From the NCBI GenBank assembly GCA_051294375.1, contig CM119265.1, positions 22,588,591 to 22,652,590 on the forward strand: DNA of 64,000 bases, written 5' to 3'. The notes beneath the pieces are model-generated. The model had not been told where the DNA came from. It was given only the letters and a program-made list of their open reading frames with translations, and did not search any database. A program made the translations under genes and the position numbers. This DNA comes from Paraspadella gotoi. Lineage: Eukaryota; Animalia; Chaetognatha. Of the stretch, positions 45,433-57,971 are shown in pieces (within the stretch, counting starts at the first letter, position 1; each line of letters opens with the position of its first letter).

Positions 45433-48400
45433 ATGAGCTGAAAGTTTTTCGTGCTCTTCATGCTCCAAAGGTTATAGCGGTTCCAGGGGTTCGATTTCTG
45501 TTTATTTAATGTGGAAACAGGGTCGGAAAGTAACGACACAACTCACGGAAGGTCCGAAGGGGAACCCGCGAGGTCTTTGCGTATCCCATCCCTGCCTTTT
45601 TTGCGGCGATATGTTCCTAAAAGAAGATTACGTTGCTCATTTGAAAGGTGAGCCCATTAACCAATTATAACCAATTTTATATTGGAATTTGGTTGTACCT
45701 ATTTCATAAAATTCTGCTCCTTTAATTTTAATGCTAGTGCGGAGTACTATAATCCAAATATTTTTTAAAACATTATACCACTTCATTGAGAAGCCAGGTA
45801 CTGGGTGTGAATAAATGAAACTGTGTGAGAATTTTGATTGAAAGGTTACAGGGAGGGTCCTGCTATGTAATTTTCTTGTAAGAGTGATGGAGGCCTTAAA
45901 CCACCATGGCTAATTTTTATATTGGTTTGACTAATTTCATATAGGAAAAAAGAAAAAAATATATGAAATTGGTACAACCAATATAAAAATTATCCATTCA
46001 TTTAATAAATAAGCTATCTTGCCCCTGACTTTGGACAGGCTTTGGTGGTTTAAGGCCTCCATCACTCTTACAAGATAATTACATAGCAGGTCCCTGCAAG
46101 CTTTCAATCAAGACTCTCTCACAGTCCCGTTTATTCACTCCCAGAGTATAATAGGAAGAAAAAAATACGACGGAAAACAAAAATAGAAGAAAAAACTATA
46201 AAATTAAAAACTTGTATGTAAAGACCTGTCTTGTGTAATTATTTTATGAGTTTCATTAATTAATTGTGAACCGTATTAAATTATTAAATACTGAATTAAA
46301 AAAAAAACTGGTCAAATCAAACAAATGTGGGGTAAGATGGGGAGAAGGTCGGGGCAAGATGGGGAGCTGAAACTCTTTAAAATCAATGGCTCTTGAGAAT
46401 TTGTATTATCTCATTGGCCGTCCAATGGGTTAAATCTGAAAATTTGGGGGCAAGTCTTACGTTTTTCGCTTTATCCAGCTCGCAGCATTGACTGGTAATT
46501 ATATGACATGATATAACATGTAAAAATTTACATTCTATTGTTTTTTTTTTTTAGTTGATTGCATTATGAATTTAAATAGAACTGATTTGTAAATTTAAAA
46601 AATGATTTTCCTGGAAGCTTTTGGAGCGCCAGCAATGGCTTTTTCCAAGCAATTTTCATTCCAACCTCCACTTCTAGTTTTTCTAATGTAGTTTATTGGC
46701 ATTTTAACTATCAAGCGACAACAATTCTAAAATAAAAAATGATTCGTGCATCCCCATCTTGCCCCAGAAAACTGTCCCCCATCTTACCAAACGCGAAAAA
46801 CTGAAATTTCAATTTGTAAAATTTTGCACAATAAATGTTGAAAGTGAAAACTATCTTCCTAACGTAGATAAACAATCTATAAAACAGTTGTTAAATGTTG
46901 AAAAGGCTTACAGTACATGAGCATGTCAAAAAACTTTTAGTTGTCAGTGCTAAAATAAATAACAAAATTCAAAATTTTATATTTTTTAGTATAACTTTTA
47001 CAAATGTAAAGCGATCAGTTTGAAAGTTTATGGGTCATCCTAATATAAATATGCGATTTTATTCGAATACAACGAGGTTGATTCAGTACAATCATCATCA
47101 ACAAACAAACAAACAAAGACAGACTAAGTCTAAGCATAAAACATAAAATAGAGAGAAAAAAAAACCGTTAATTAAATAAAATTAATTAATTAAAATTTAA
47201 ACAATTAAAAATTGTTCTTATGTTGTAAAAAATGGAACAAGTTTCTGAAGAACAGTATTTTTCATTGTGTATATCTTTGAGATAAAGGTTTTCTTACGAT
47301 TATTAAAAATTGTGGATAGGTCGTGGTATCCAAACATACTCCTAAGTTCTCTCACACTTTCCCATCGATTATATCTAAAAATCTTTCGTACACCATCATT
47401 TACAGCAACATTAAGTCTATTCATATTACGTACAGAAAAAGTTTTTACTTCACAACCATAAAGGAGAACCGGAACACAGTTAGTATAATACAATTTCATC
47501 AATAATTCCTCTGAAGGTTTTAACAAGGCATTTATCAAACAGTTACTTGATCTAAAAAAAGATACCAATTCTTTGCTTGGCTCAAACAAGCTGTCTCTTT
47601 CACTACTAAGGTTGAACCCTAGATATGTCCAATATGAGTAGTTGCAGCTATTAAGACAACAAAAACGGATTGAAGATACTTCATGTACCTAAAATTAGCA
47701 ATCCCCACCTTACCCCATCTCCCGTCTTACCCCATCTCCCCGTCTTACCCTGTCTTCCCCTACTAAAATAAAAAAAATGTAAATTTTTACATTTTTTAGC
47801 ATATATTTTGCTTTTACTTGAATTTAGTCCCAAAAGAGCTGGACCTCCCTGTATTAGAAATAAAAACTCAATGAGATATAATGTTTTCATAGTAGATTTA
47901 AAAAAAGTTCAAAAATAAATTGGTTTTTCAGAGGATCATCTGAAGGAGTGCGAACAGAGACAGACGAAGGCCAAGCCATGTGATTTCTGTCACTGGATCA
48001 CTCCGGCCAAGAATCGCGAGTTTGTACGCAAATTCGCGGAGCACATCCTCCGATCTCACACACACAGGCTGGATCGGAAATCTAAGGTGACGTCTGAGTC
48101 TTTGGTTTATTTTGTTTATTTTTCGTTAAGTTTTTAATGAACTTCCGTTTTCAGGTGACCGTCGTAGGCAGAAAACCTTCCACATCAATGCACTCCACCC
48201 AGGCGCAAGCCACAGCAGCACCTCGCAAACGCGTCTCCACCTTCGGCGTCGTTAAGCGCAAGAAACCTCAACAGATCCCGAAGCGAGATTCGACTTTCTC
48301 CCATTTAAACCCAAAAGACGGTGGATCACGATTTTCTTCTAAACCGTCGTCATTTACCCCGATTGTCAACGCGAATACTACGCCAGTAACCAAATCGGAT

Positions 48401-51124
48401 CTCAGAGTCCCACCCCTCGTCAATATCGCTTCCATTTCAAAAGCGAATTCTAACTTTACCACGTCGACCGTGCAAACTCGCAAAAGAAGACTGAGTAATT
48501 TGACGTCTGCAACCATGGGTTCACTTCAAAAGGATTCGGCAATAATGGACGCTCAACGGACGGTTCCACCGAGCACAAGCAAAACGAGCAAAATGACGAC
48601 GAAAACGACACATCCCACTTCATCCGCTGCATCAATGATTCGCACCTCAGCACCAACTATGACAACGACTCATTCCATAGTAAAGACAACCCTGTCCGTG
48701 AATACAACGAGTATTTTGGCGTCATCAAAATCTACCGTCATGGCACCAGTTTTGACAAGTTTTACCGCAGCGACCGTGTCTCCAGCAGAAACGAGTGTCT
48801 CCTCAACTACTACTTTGATTCCTTATACTTTCGTCCCTAAAAAAATTCCGATTATCAGCTCCTCGACTACAGCAATGACTATAACTCCTTCAATAACTGG
48901 GAGCGTTCCTGGGCCTTGCTTATCAACTTCTGTAATGACTATGGGTGTTCGTGTGTCTTGCTCTTCAGCTCCAGCAATGTCTGTGGGCGTTACTGCGCCA
49001 GTAGCAACAAAGAAAGTCTCGATGCGGACGTCGATGCCAACGATGACATCAAATTTGGAGAAATCCGCTTTACCATCGACAGAGGTTTCGTCAGTATGCG
49101 CACCCCCGTCAGTAAATACTCTTCAGCTTTCGCCCGTAACAACTATATCGTCTCTCCGCGAGATTCCGCTTCACACAACTCCCCAGTCATCGAACGCCCC
49201 GGCGGTTTCCAGTACTTCAATGACACCAGTTGAAAATATCTTACGAAATAACGCCAACCATTCTAACAGCAAAGAAAAACTCGACACCTACAAAATGGTC
49301 AAAATCTGTCTCAACTATTTGTCCTTGGTGACTCCTTTTGAAGCCGAGCATCTTCTCGACGGTTCTTTGGACTTCTTCGCTTTTGACGCGTTGCCCGGCC
49401 TCGCGAAGGGAGAGGAAGACATATTCCGACTCTTTCTCCAGAAGGGGATCGACGAGGCTCGCCGACTTCTTGCCTCCAACGTCCTCGCTGACGCCCGAGA
49501 GCCCCGTCTCGACAGTCTCCGCCGAATCATAGAAGGCATCGAGGAAGCGACGCGATGCCCGACAATCCTTGACGTGGCCACGTTGGAAGCCCTGCGAAAG
49601 ACAGTCAGCGGGACGAATTGGTTGAACGACGAAGTGAACGACGCACCGGTGGAGAAGCCGAACGTCGAAGTGGAGGGCGTTGAAGATGAGACGAAGGAAG
49701 AGGATCCAGAAGAGGATCCATTCGTGTCCGATGGGGCCAGATTTTTTAACGAACTTATTAGGAAGAGCGCGGAACCGCGACGGATGACGCGTTTGCTGGA
49801 GGAATTTATGGATCAGATCGTGAGTCTATTACTACTAAGGCCTTTTGTTATTCGTTTGATATTATAAAATTATATTATATAATATATAATAATATCATAT
49901 ATTATGGCAACAGCCGGGTTGCCTGTGATGCCCATTGGGATGGGGCATCTCACTGTTGGCTTTGGGGCCTTCCGACCCTCAGTGACGCCTCCAGTCACTG
50001 GCGCGGTTACCCTAGGACGGTCTCGCTTTGCCAACGCAGAGGGAAGTCGTTAGGACTGTGGATGGAACACTACGCCTGGGATGGTGTGTTCCCCTCTGAG
50101 CCAATGGATTTGGCTGACGGATGGTGGACGTGAGGCGGTGTGAATATACCGCCACAGGATCCCCGGGCCAAGACATCACTCAGGTTCCTCAAGCCTGAGA
50201 GGTGTCTGACAAGACTGTTACCATAGTGGGAGAGAGAGAGAGAGCGCGAGTTGTGGGGGCATAGGCGTTTGTCGTAGCGTACCCCAGGGGCATAGGCGTT
50301 TGTCGTAGCGTACCCGAAGTCGGCAGGGCATAGGCGTTTGTCGTAGCGTACCCTGAGAAGGTTGCGTGTTCGATAGTAGGGCTCACCACTTATGGCAACA
50401 GCCGGGTTGCCTGTGATGCCCATTGGGATGGGGCATCTCACTGTTGGCTTTGGGGGCTTCCGACCCTCAGTGACGCCTCCAGTCACTGGCGCGGTTACCC
50501 TAGGACGGTCTCGCTTTGCCAACGCAGAGGGAAGTCGTTAGGACTGTGGATGGAACACTACGCCTGGGATGGTGTGTTCCCCCTCTGAGCCAATGGATTT
50601 GGCTGACGGATGGTGGACGTGAGGCGGTGTGAATATACCGCCACAATATAATATAAATAATATATAATATTATCATCGCAGGAGTATCATCTTGATTTCG
50701 CCCCTAGAAATCCATGAGTTTTTACTTAACGTTATATATATAATATAATATATTATAATTTTTTTTTAATATTCTTTATTATTAGGTAAGTTTGGATGAT
50801 TTCTGTAATCATCCCTTAATCGTATCGGCGTTGGGGGGGAGCCTTTCCCACTCGGTTCGAAGCTGGGTGAAAAAAGTAATGCCAATTGTCCGCTTTCGTC
50901 TCGGATGCGGCGTCGTTCTTGTCGAGGGGATCCGAATTCCTCCAACTATCGCCGGAACCAACGTTTGGAAGGTATTGTTCTGCATGCGATTGATCATTTG
51001 TCAGTGATTCCTTGTTAACCTTATTTTGCGTTTTGCTTTTTAGCTACCTCCCGGCTTGAACAGCAACAACTTTGGGCTTGATGCGGAAAAACAATCCGAT
51101 GCGGAATGCATAATTCTGGAATAA
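41365..51124 (+). CDS. Large multi-exon low-complexity protein with dispersed atypical zinc fingers
   Basis: Long exons at about 42210-44334, 44409-45379 and 48156-49819, plus small exons with CxxC...H motifs (41521, 45522, 47933). Terminal exons at about 50786-50971 and 51044-51124. It could be more than one gene. Confidence 0.6.
43358..43487 (+). repeat. Coding 15-bp tandem repeat encoding (Q/L)GPE(A/S/G)-type pentapeptides
   Basis: caagggccggaa-like units with 15-nt period, about 9 copies. Confidence 0.8.
45770..46144. mobile_element. Two back-to-back arms of the dispersed MITE family also at 26691, 27140-27305 and 53507-53700
   Basis: 45962-46065 is identical to 26691-26794. 45770-45941 is an inverted, partly deleted copy. 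Confidence 0.75.
46329..47762. mobile_element. DNA-transposon-like element with ggggyaagatgggg subterminal repeats
   Basis: ggggtaagatgggg/ggggcaagatgggg at 46329-46363, with complementary ccccatcttgcccc/cttaccccatct clusters at 46752-46787 and 47704-47760. Confidence 0.5.
47055..47640 (-). mobile_element. 5'-truncated non-LTR retrotransposon (LINE) fragment: RT C-terminus and 3' UTR
   Basis: KLYYTNCVPVLLYGCEV...LNVAVNDGVRKIFRYNRWESVREL is the typical post-RT thumb region. Stop at 47218, then a (tttg)n tail and aataaa. Confidence 0.8.
49903..50645 (-). mobile_element. Miniature non-autonomous LTR retrotransposon (TRIM-like): LTRs 50391-50645 and 49903-50156, tRNA-Trp-type PBS, 234-nt non-coding interior
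   Basis: Near-identical direct repeats (1 substitution and 1 indel seen). 4-bp target duplication ATAT (49899-49902 and 50646-50649). On the minus strand TGGTGAGCCC starts 2 nt after the 5' LTR. Confidence 0.9.
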
Positions 51125-51806
51125 ATTTGTTTTAATTATTATTGTTGACAGAGCTCGTCCGAAGTTTTATTTATTACCTCCAGGATAGTTACCATCTCCG
51201 TAGTACTCTTATATTAACTTTGCTTTCATAGCAATTTAGTGTTGTTATAGTCCCCAGTTAAGAGAATTTCTCACGACTGCCTTCAATTATGGATATGGAG
51301 ATAATGATATTACTGCATAATGCTCATTTCCTTTCAGAAGATTCTGTGATCCGTTTGTAAGCTGAACATTTTTTGTTTAATCACCTAAATAAGGAAAACA
51401 ACAACATTGTTTTTGTTGTGGTTGTTGTTTTCGTAATATTTGAAACCTAGTATTTTAGCAAATTTTGCTTTGTGATTTTATTTTAGTTTAGGCATTCTAC
51501 AGTATAATTTTATGATGTATATCCATTACTCATCGAATTGTTGAATGCATTTTATCCTCAATTAAGTTTGTATTTTTAAAAATTTTTGACGATATACATA
51601 TTTTTGACATAAGTTATTGATTATTTGACCTTGCCAAAAAATCATGCGCAATTCGTTATAAAACGACTGAAAATAATTTAATTAGATAGCTTGTTATTAT
51701 AAATAAGCGAATAAATTCTGAATTAGATAATATTAATATGAATGCGAGTCCTCAATCTTATTAAAATTTTATTAAATCTTATTTGTCATAGGCTAATCCA
51801 TGCTTT

Positions 51807-53947
51807 TTATAGGTGTTGATATCTATAATTATGAAAAGGATGTCGCTCGTTATTTCGTCGCCGAGGTTTTCGATTATCCAAGTAATGATTTCGCGAAAAG
51901 TTATTATTTTTCTCTGCTTTTTTGCTGAATATCCAGGCTTCGGTAGTTACGTCAAATTCACCTGATGTTAAAAAAAAATTTAAACATTTTGAAGCTGTCA
52001 ATTTTTGAAATTAACCTGTTCGTGAAGCTTCTTCTAAACCAGTGGCCGAAATTCTTGAACACACAGTTGACGCTAACTGGGATTATTAGTTACGGTTTTC
52101 AGCTAGATCAGTAACCAATGAACCAGTAACCATGAATAGTAAAACTTGGTTTGACTTCTCACTTGCATTATTGTCAGTGGAGCGAGGACGATAGTAATTA
52201 TTTGCACTGTCAAATGAATGTCGGCAGAAACTTTGGTCGCGCAACCGGACTAGTGTAATAATAATAATAATAATAATAATGTTTAATTCGGATTGCTTGG
52301 CTTGACGCTATTTTAAAAGCTTTCACATGAGTTAATTACCTTATACAAAGTAAGATCTGTGGTGGGATTGTAGGAGGGGGAAGATTCTTTTATCCTACGA
52401 TGAATACATGGACGAAAGACGGCCGGGTCACAACAAGACCATGGAGCATCGTTGGTCGCCCCGTCGCTCTACATATCATTTTCTTTTGTTAGATCTTTAT
52501 TTACTTATGTTACTATTTAATCTTAAACTTACATCGCTATTTTTAGATAACCACTTCACAGTAAACCAATCGGTATAACTATAAAAACAATAAAAGTGAC
52601 CAGTAATGTCGAATGACAATGAGGAGTAGAATACATTTTGGTAATTCTGGTTTTGAATCTTTTTTTTTCCTTAATCTCTAATTTTTTCTTTATTTAATGG
52701 CCGAACATTCAATTTTTTCTGAGCTTTAAATGTCTAATTTCTCATGAATATTGAATGGTGTGTAACATTATATTTTGTCCATTTCGTAATTTTTAAAGAG
52801 AGTTTACCTTTTGCTTCCACAGCATTGAAAATTTATTTGCAACTCGTTAATTTCCTTCTTAATTGTTATTTCTTGACCGTAAGATTTCATCGCGTTTAGA
52901 AGGCCTTCTGTAAAATCATGTATCAGTTTTATATCGGCGGATCAAGCAAGCTCATACAGTCGATAATTTTTGCCGTTGGAGCTAATTAACGTTTCCAACT
53001 ATCCAATATCAATAGTTCTAGGTCACTGTAGGCATTGAGTTTGAGTTTGCCCCTCACGAACCAATATTACCTTCAAACTGTTTCGTAGCTGAAGTCGAAA
53101 TCCACAGAGATAAACCAGTAATAGTGAGGCAAAAATGAAGACCAAATATAACACTGCTCAGTATTTGCCACTTTTTAAAGTGATCAAGATACTGCGTCAA
53201 GTATTTGATGGAAATAAGGCAAGGTTAATGGTCAGTTGAGTTATGTTCAGTCCTTATTCAGCAGTTGAATTTTAAAGACCTGGCCGGCATTGAACTCAAT
53301 TTCTTCATTCTCTTCGGTTAAAATATTTTTGTTTTTATCATTTTTTTCTTCTTCTGCAACACCGTAGTTCCAAAATTTCCAATGAATATAAACACCAAAA
53401 GCATTAATCAAAACCATGAAAATGGCATCAATCAGAGTAAAAGAAGCCAGAACGTCGATGCTTGGGTAGAAATTAAACGACGCGTTATGATTTATATAAA
53501 TTGCAATCAATATAAAAATTATCCATTAATTAATGACTGCTTTAATAATTTAATGCCCCTGACTTTGGACAAGCTTTGATGGTTTAAGGCCTCCATCACT
53601 CTTACAAGATAATGATATAGCAGGTCCCTGTAAGCTTTCAATCAAGACTTACTCATTTATTTACTCCCAGAGAACCTGGCTTCCCTATCAATGAAGTGAT
53701 ATAATATTTCAAAGAATGTTAATTGTATGAAAAGATCGGGGAATACTATATTGTACTCCGCTCCGATTATCAATTATAATTATAAAGTATAAAACCTTTT
53801 ATTAGGCAGTAATTTGGAATATTCCATGGCATTTGATGCCAAATTAATCCCCAGTCCAAAAGTAATGATTGAAGACAGTAGTAACATCAAACACAAAGCG
53901 AACGCGGCTTTCAAAAGGTTTTGTCGACATTCCGAGGATAGCTTCAT
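51807..53947 (-). CDS. Peripherin-2/ROM1 (RDS)-like tetraspanin, about 9 exons; apparent frame problem in exon 3
   Basis: Spliced minus-strand translation gives EGLLNAMKSY...KKEINELQINFQCCGSK|SYTDWFTVKWL|NDAPWSCCDPAVFRPCIH...LTLYK|SGC, four hydrophobic segments and EAWIF. This parallels PRPH2 motifs (LQIEFKCCG, DWFEIQW, VPFSCCNP..PRPCI). Confidence 0.82.
53507..53700 (+). mobile_element. Copy of the dispersed MITE arm in intron 1 of the tetraspanin gene
   Basis: caatataaaaattatccatt...gcccctgactttggaca...ggtttaaggcctccatcactcttacaagataat matches 45979-46144. Confidence 0.75.
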
Positions 53948-54078
53948 TTTTATTGGTAGGGATCAATTCAAAGAGAGCAAATCTAGCTAATTTTTCATTG
54001 TTTACAATATAAGCTATTTCTAAGTCATGTATAGTAATAGAAATTAATGATTTTTAACTATCGTGTCTTTTGTCGAAA

Positions 54079-55899
54079 ATGCCGAGTTTATTCAAACGAC
54101 GGTAGCGCCTCTCGGTATGCAAATCCTTGAATGGCGATGTCTGTATGAATCTTGACAGAAAAAAGTATACAAGGGAGAGGGGCCGTCCTTCGTTGATCTC
54201 TCCCCCCCGGAGGAAAGCGTGACTCTTTGTGTCGTCCGGTGATCGTTTCACAAGGGATTATGGGATCCCACATTCGCGATGGTCTTTGGTTGGGGAGCTT
54301 GGATGACGCTTGCAATACCAAACAGCTCAAGCAGCAGGTCGAGTAGACTCAGCAATATGGATTTGGAAATGACGAGTTTCCAGGCTTTATCTTCGTCGTC
54401 CAATTGCAGAGCGTCTCTCACATTCTCTCTGTGGAGTTTCGTCCTCTTTCCGCACAATATTGTGATGGATTCTCCTACAAATTTGTTCACGCGAACGATC
54501 TGCCGAACCAGGATCTTATCAGTCACTTCAAGGTGCGAATTCTCTTTGGTTGAGGAAAGGATACATTTCTATAAGGATCTTGCTTTCCCAACAGATTGAT
54601 GTGGGTTTCGTTACTCAATAAGTAATACTAAGTGATATCCTTCCATTATAATTATTAGTTAGGAACCAAGTTTGATAAGGAAAATAGTAATAGCATTTCG
54701 CCTACTAATTGTTTTAAATGTACTACGTCAAAGGTTTAAGATACAAGTCCGAAAAAAATTAGTTCCACAACTACGCAAATATTATCTATAAGTTTAACTA
54801 TTTTCCGCTGGGTTTTTCAGGAGTGCTTCGAGTTTATCGACGATGCTTTGGCGGCGCGTAAAAAGGGCGAAATCGGAGAAGCTCCCACTGGTGGGGTTTT
54901 GGTGCATTGCTACATGGGATATTCAAGAAGCTCCACTATAGTCATCGCTTATCTCATGCAAAAGGTTAGCCAAACGAAAAAAACTTACCTTTGTTGTTCC
55001 CCTTATTGTTATGCCCATAACTCGACCCGATCAGGAAAGTCTAACCTTTGTCGACGCTCTGGAGTCCGTCCGTAAATTGCGATGCGTCGGTCCCAATCCT
55101 GGATTCTCGAAACAACTGCAGCTTTTCGAAAAAATGGGATGTACCGTCGATAAAAATAATCCCGACTTTCGCGCCTTTTGCCTAAAAAACGTCTCTGGTA
55201 ATTTTTTTTATGTTAAAATGATTCAATGATTTCCCCCGCATCATCGTTATTTTCTTCTTCCTTTTCCACTTCGGTTTCCAGACATGATTCGCCAATTTCC
55301 CCCGAGCCTTTCGACTAAAAAGTTCGGTCAAAAAGACCTCGAAGGCTCTTCCCCGTTGGCCGATGCCCTGGCCTCGGATCCCTCGAGTGACGAAGGCTCG
55401 GAGGATCTAATCTTCAAGTGCCGCAAATGTCGGCGCCCGTTGGCCAGAGGCTCTTCTGTCGTCGCCCATTACCAAGGACGAGAGAACATTTCCCAAGGTT
55501 AATGGAAGAGGCCAAGAGGAGTTTATGAAGTTTCTTCAGTGCGCGAAAACCTAATCAAATGTAAAGATCTTAAGAGATGAATCAAAATTGTTATGCAGAT
55601 AAAGTGGCATGCACTTTGAGCACTTTCGTGGAGCCAGTAGACTGGATGCAGGATCAAATCCTCACTCTGGAGGGCAAGATGCATTGCCCTAAGTGTCAAG
55701 GTAAAGAGGAAATGTTTTGCGCTTCTTTGTTTTTTTTCGCTTCTTCGGTTTTATCTCAATTTTGTTGCTGCGTCTAGCTAAAGTTGGCACTTTTAATTGG
55801 GCCGGGAAAACTTGCCCCTGCGGACGTTGGGTCGTACCTGCCTTTCATCTGGCGCGGAACAAGATCGACAAAGACTTTGTTTCGTCGCGAACCGCGTGA
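54079..55899 (+). CDS. DUSP12: Dual-specificity phosphatase 12 (YVH1) with C-terminal zinc-binding domain
   Basis: IRDGLWLGS, VLVHCYMGYSRSSTIVIAYLM, PNPGFSKQLQLFEKMG, FKCRKCRRPL, FVEPVDWM, EGKMHCPKC and KVGTFNWAGKTCPCGRWVVPAFHL. The start is uncertain (54079 or 54260). Confidence 0.93.
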
Positions 55900-56223
55900 G
55901 GTTCCCGCAACCGGTAAAGATCTCGTCACGAAGATCTTCTTTTTACGTTATTTTGAGATTGTTTTTTAAAAAGTTGGTGGTCTTTGCAACGAGTCGGGTG
56001 CTAATTTTTTCTAAGAAAAGACGATTCTTGGCTTTTCGTTCTTTTAATTTTATTTTGCCTTAGCTTATGTTTTATCATTATTTTTTTTGTTGCGACAGGA
56101 TATCTTTTTTATGACGATTCGAATCATTTACTGAAATTTATATTTATTTTGCGTTTTTTCCTTGGTTTTAGGTATTATTTCCGTTTTAGTTATTTTTATT
56201 TTTATTACTAAAAGAATAGAACT

Positions 56224-57971
56224 ATGGAAAAACAACTTTTACCGAGTGTCGGTGGGGCGCCGGTCATTGTAAAACAGGAACACCTCCCTAAGCAAAGTTG
56301 GAATAACTTCAACTCAAACAAAACAAATGTAAGGTCCCATACAGGAAGGCTACTTATTTTATATTATTATCACTGAGTTTTTAAATTTTTTAATTTTCCT
56401 GAAATTATTAAAAGGAAAAAGAGGAGTCGATGCTCGACTGGAAATCGCTGGAATTTTTGGGCCTCGTGGAGGAATACGTTTCCGCGGTTATCAAAGGAGA
56501 AAAACCTGAAGTCAGCGACGACCAAGATTCTGCTCCCGCTTTCCCGGTCGCGGAGGATTTTTCTAGAGACGCTGCGGCGGCAGCTGCCGCCGCCTCCGCC
56601 GTGCCTCCTAATCCCGCTCCGCAAGTCGCGCCCGAACTGCCGCGAACAGCCAAAGTCGCCGTGTCCCCTCTCGAGAAACCGAAGATCAACAACAGCAACA
56701 CGCTTTTCGTCATGAAAAACTGTTGCCCGGTGGCGCCTGGCCTGACGCCCCCGGGAACTACCGTCCTTCCGGCGGCCGGTCTTGTCGCCGCCGGAGCCTT
56801 GGGATCTTCACCGCCGTCGGCGTTGGGGGGAGTGGCCCCGGCCTTTTATCCTCTGGGGACGACGTTTATCGCCTCCCCGATCTCCGTGGATTCCAATCTG
56901 CAAAGCGTCGCCATCACCGTCACCGACGACGTTTCTTTTCTCCAGCCGACCATCTTTGCTCCGGCGCCCTTTCCCCAAAACGTCGCCACCTCTTCCTGCA
57001 TCGGCGCCGCCCCGGCCGCTCCGGCGCTCTACTCTCAGTTCGGCGAGGAACGCGACTTAGGGTCAGAAGAGCTTACTTATCAGGTAATTTTTTTATTAAG
57101 TTTGATATTTTTCAAATAAGATATAAGAAAATCACCTTTATAGTTATACAAGCGCTTTTATCTTCCCTTCAGTTGAATTACGTCGTTAACGAGGATTTGT
57201 CTCGGGACGGCCTCAGCCCCAATGACTCCTTCGAGTCTTCCTCCCTCAATCTCTCAGTCGGTGATTTGGCTAACGACGAGCCGCTCGAGAATCTCAACGA
57301 CGTAATCATGATCGAGCCGCAGCTCGAGCAGGAGAGCCAGCAGCCGGGGCCGTCTCGACCGTCGCAGCAGCAAAAGCCGCAGTTGACGCGTGGAGTCTTT
57401 GATGTAGTTTCGAGCTCGCAACAGCAATCTTTACCGCGACCCCCAATGTCGCAGCCTTTTTCGTCGACTTCCGGCTCCCCTATCGTAGCCTCCGTGACGT
57501 CTGCCGCGTCTTCAGCGTCCGCCCCACCCAAGGATCAGCAGCAGTTTCAGCTGCAGCCGAGAAAGCCTGGAGGGCGCCGTTCCATCGCTAAGGGCGTACC
57601 AGAAGAATCCCTGCCGTTTCCCTGCGAAGTCTGCACCCGGAGATTCGTCTCCCTTCATTCGGTCAAGCGACACATGGCCATTCACGACTTGGATCGGCCC
57701 TGGAAATGTGAGGTGTGCGGTAAGGCCTTCAAACAGCAGGCTCACCTGTACAGCCATAAATTCACTCACACCGGTAAGTTGGCCTTTGCGTTGGAATCTC
57801 GTCTTTTCAGACATCTCGTCTTTACGTTCCTATTCTTTTCCCCAAGGGTCCAAACCGTTCGAATGCGCTCATTGTCACAAGTCGTTTAACGTAAAGTCGA
57901 ATCTTCACCGGCACGAGAAGGAAGTATGCAAGGTCCCTTTGGAATCGCGGACTCCCACTCGCTCGAAATGA
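56224..57971 (+). CDS. C2H2 zinc-finger transcription factor with three C-terminal fingers
   Basis: FPCEVCTRRF...HMAIH, RPWKCEVCGKAFKQQAHLYSHKFTHTG|SKPFECAHCHKSFNVKSNLHRH. The N-terminal region is Pro/Ala/Gln-rich. Confidence 0.85.

Noticed and set aside
49903-50156. Retrozyme (hammerhead-containing LTR) or Cassandra-like 5S-containing LTR
   Set aside because: No CTGANGA...GAAA core on either strand, and no 5S rRNA similarity that I can recognise.
50257-50353. CRISPR-like repeat-spacer array
   Set aside because: Spacers are only 3 and 10 nt, there are no cas genes, the context is eukaryotic, and the array lies inside an LTR element.
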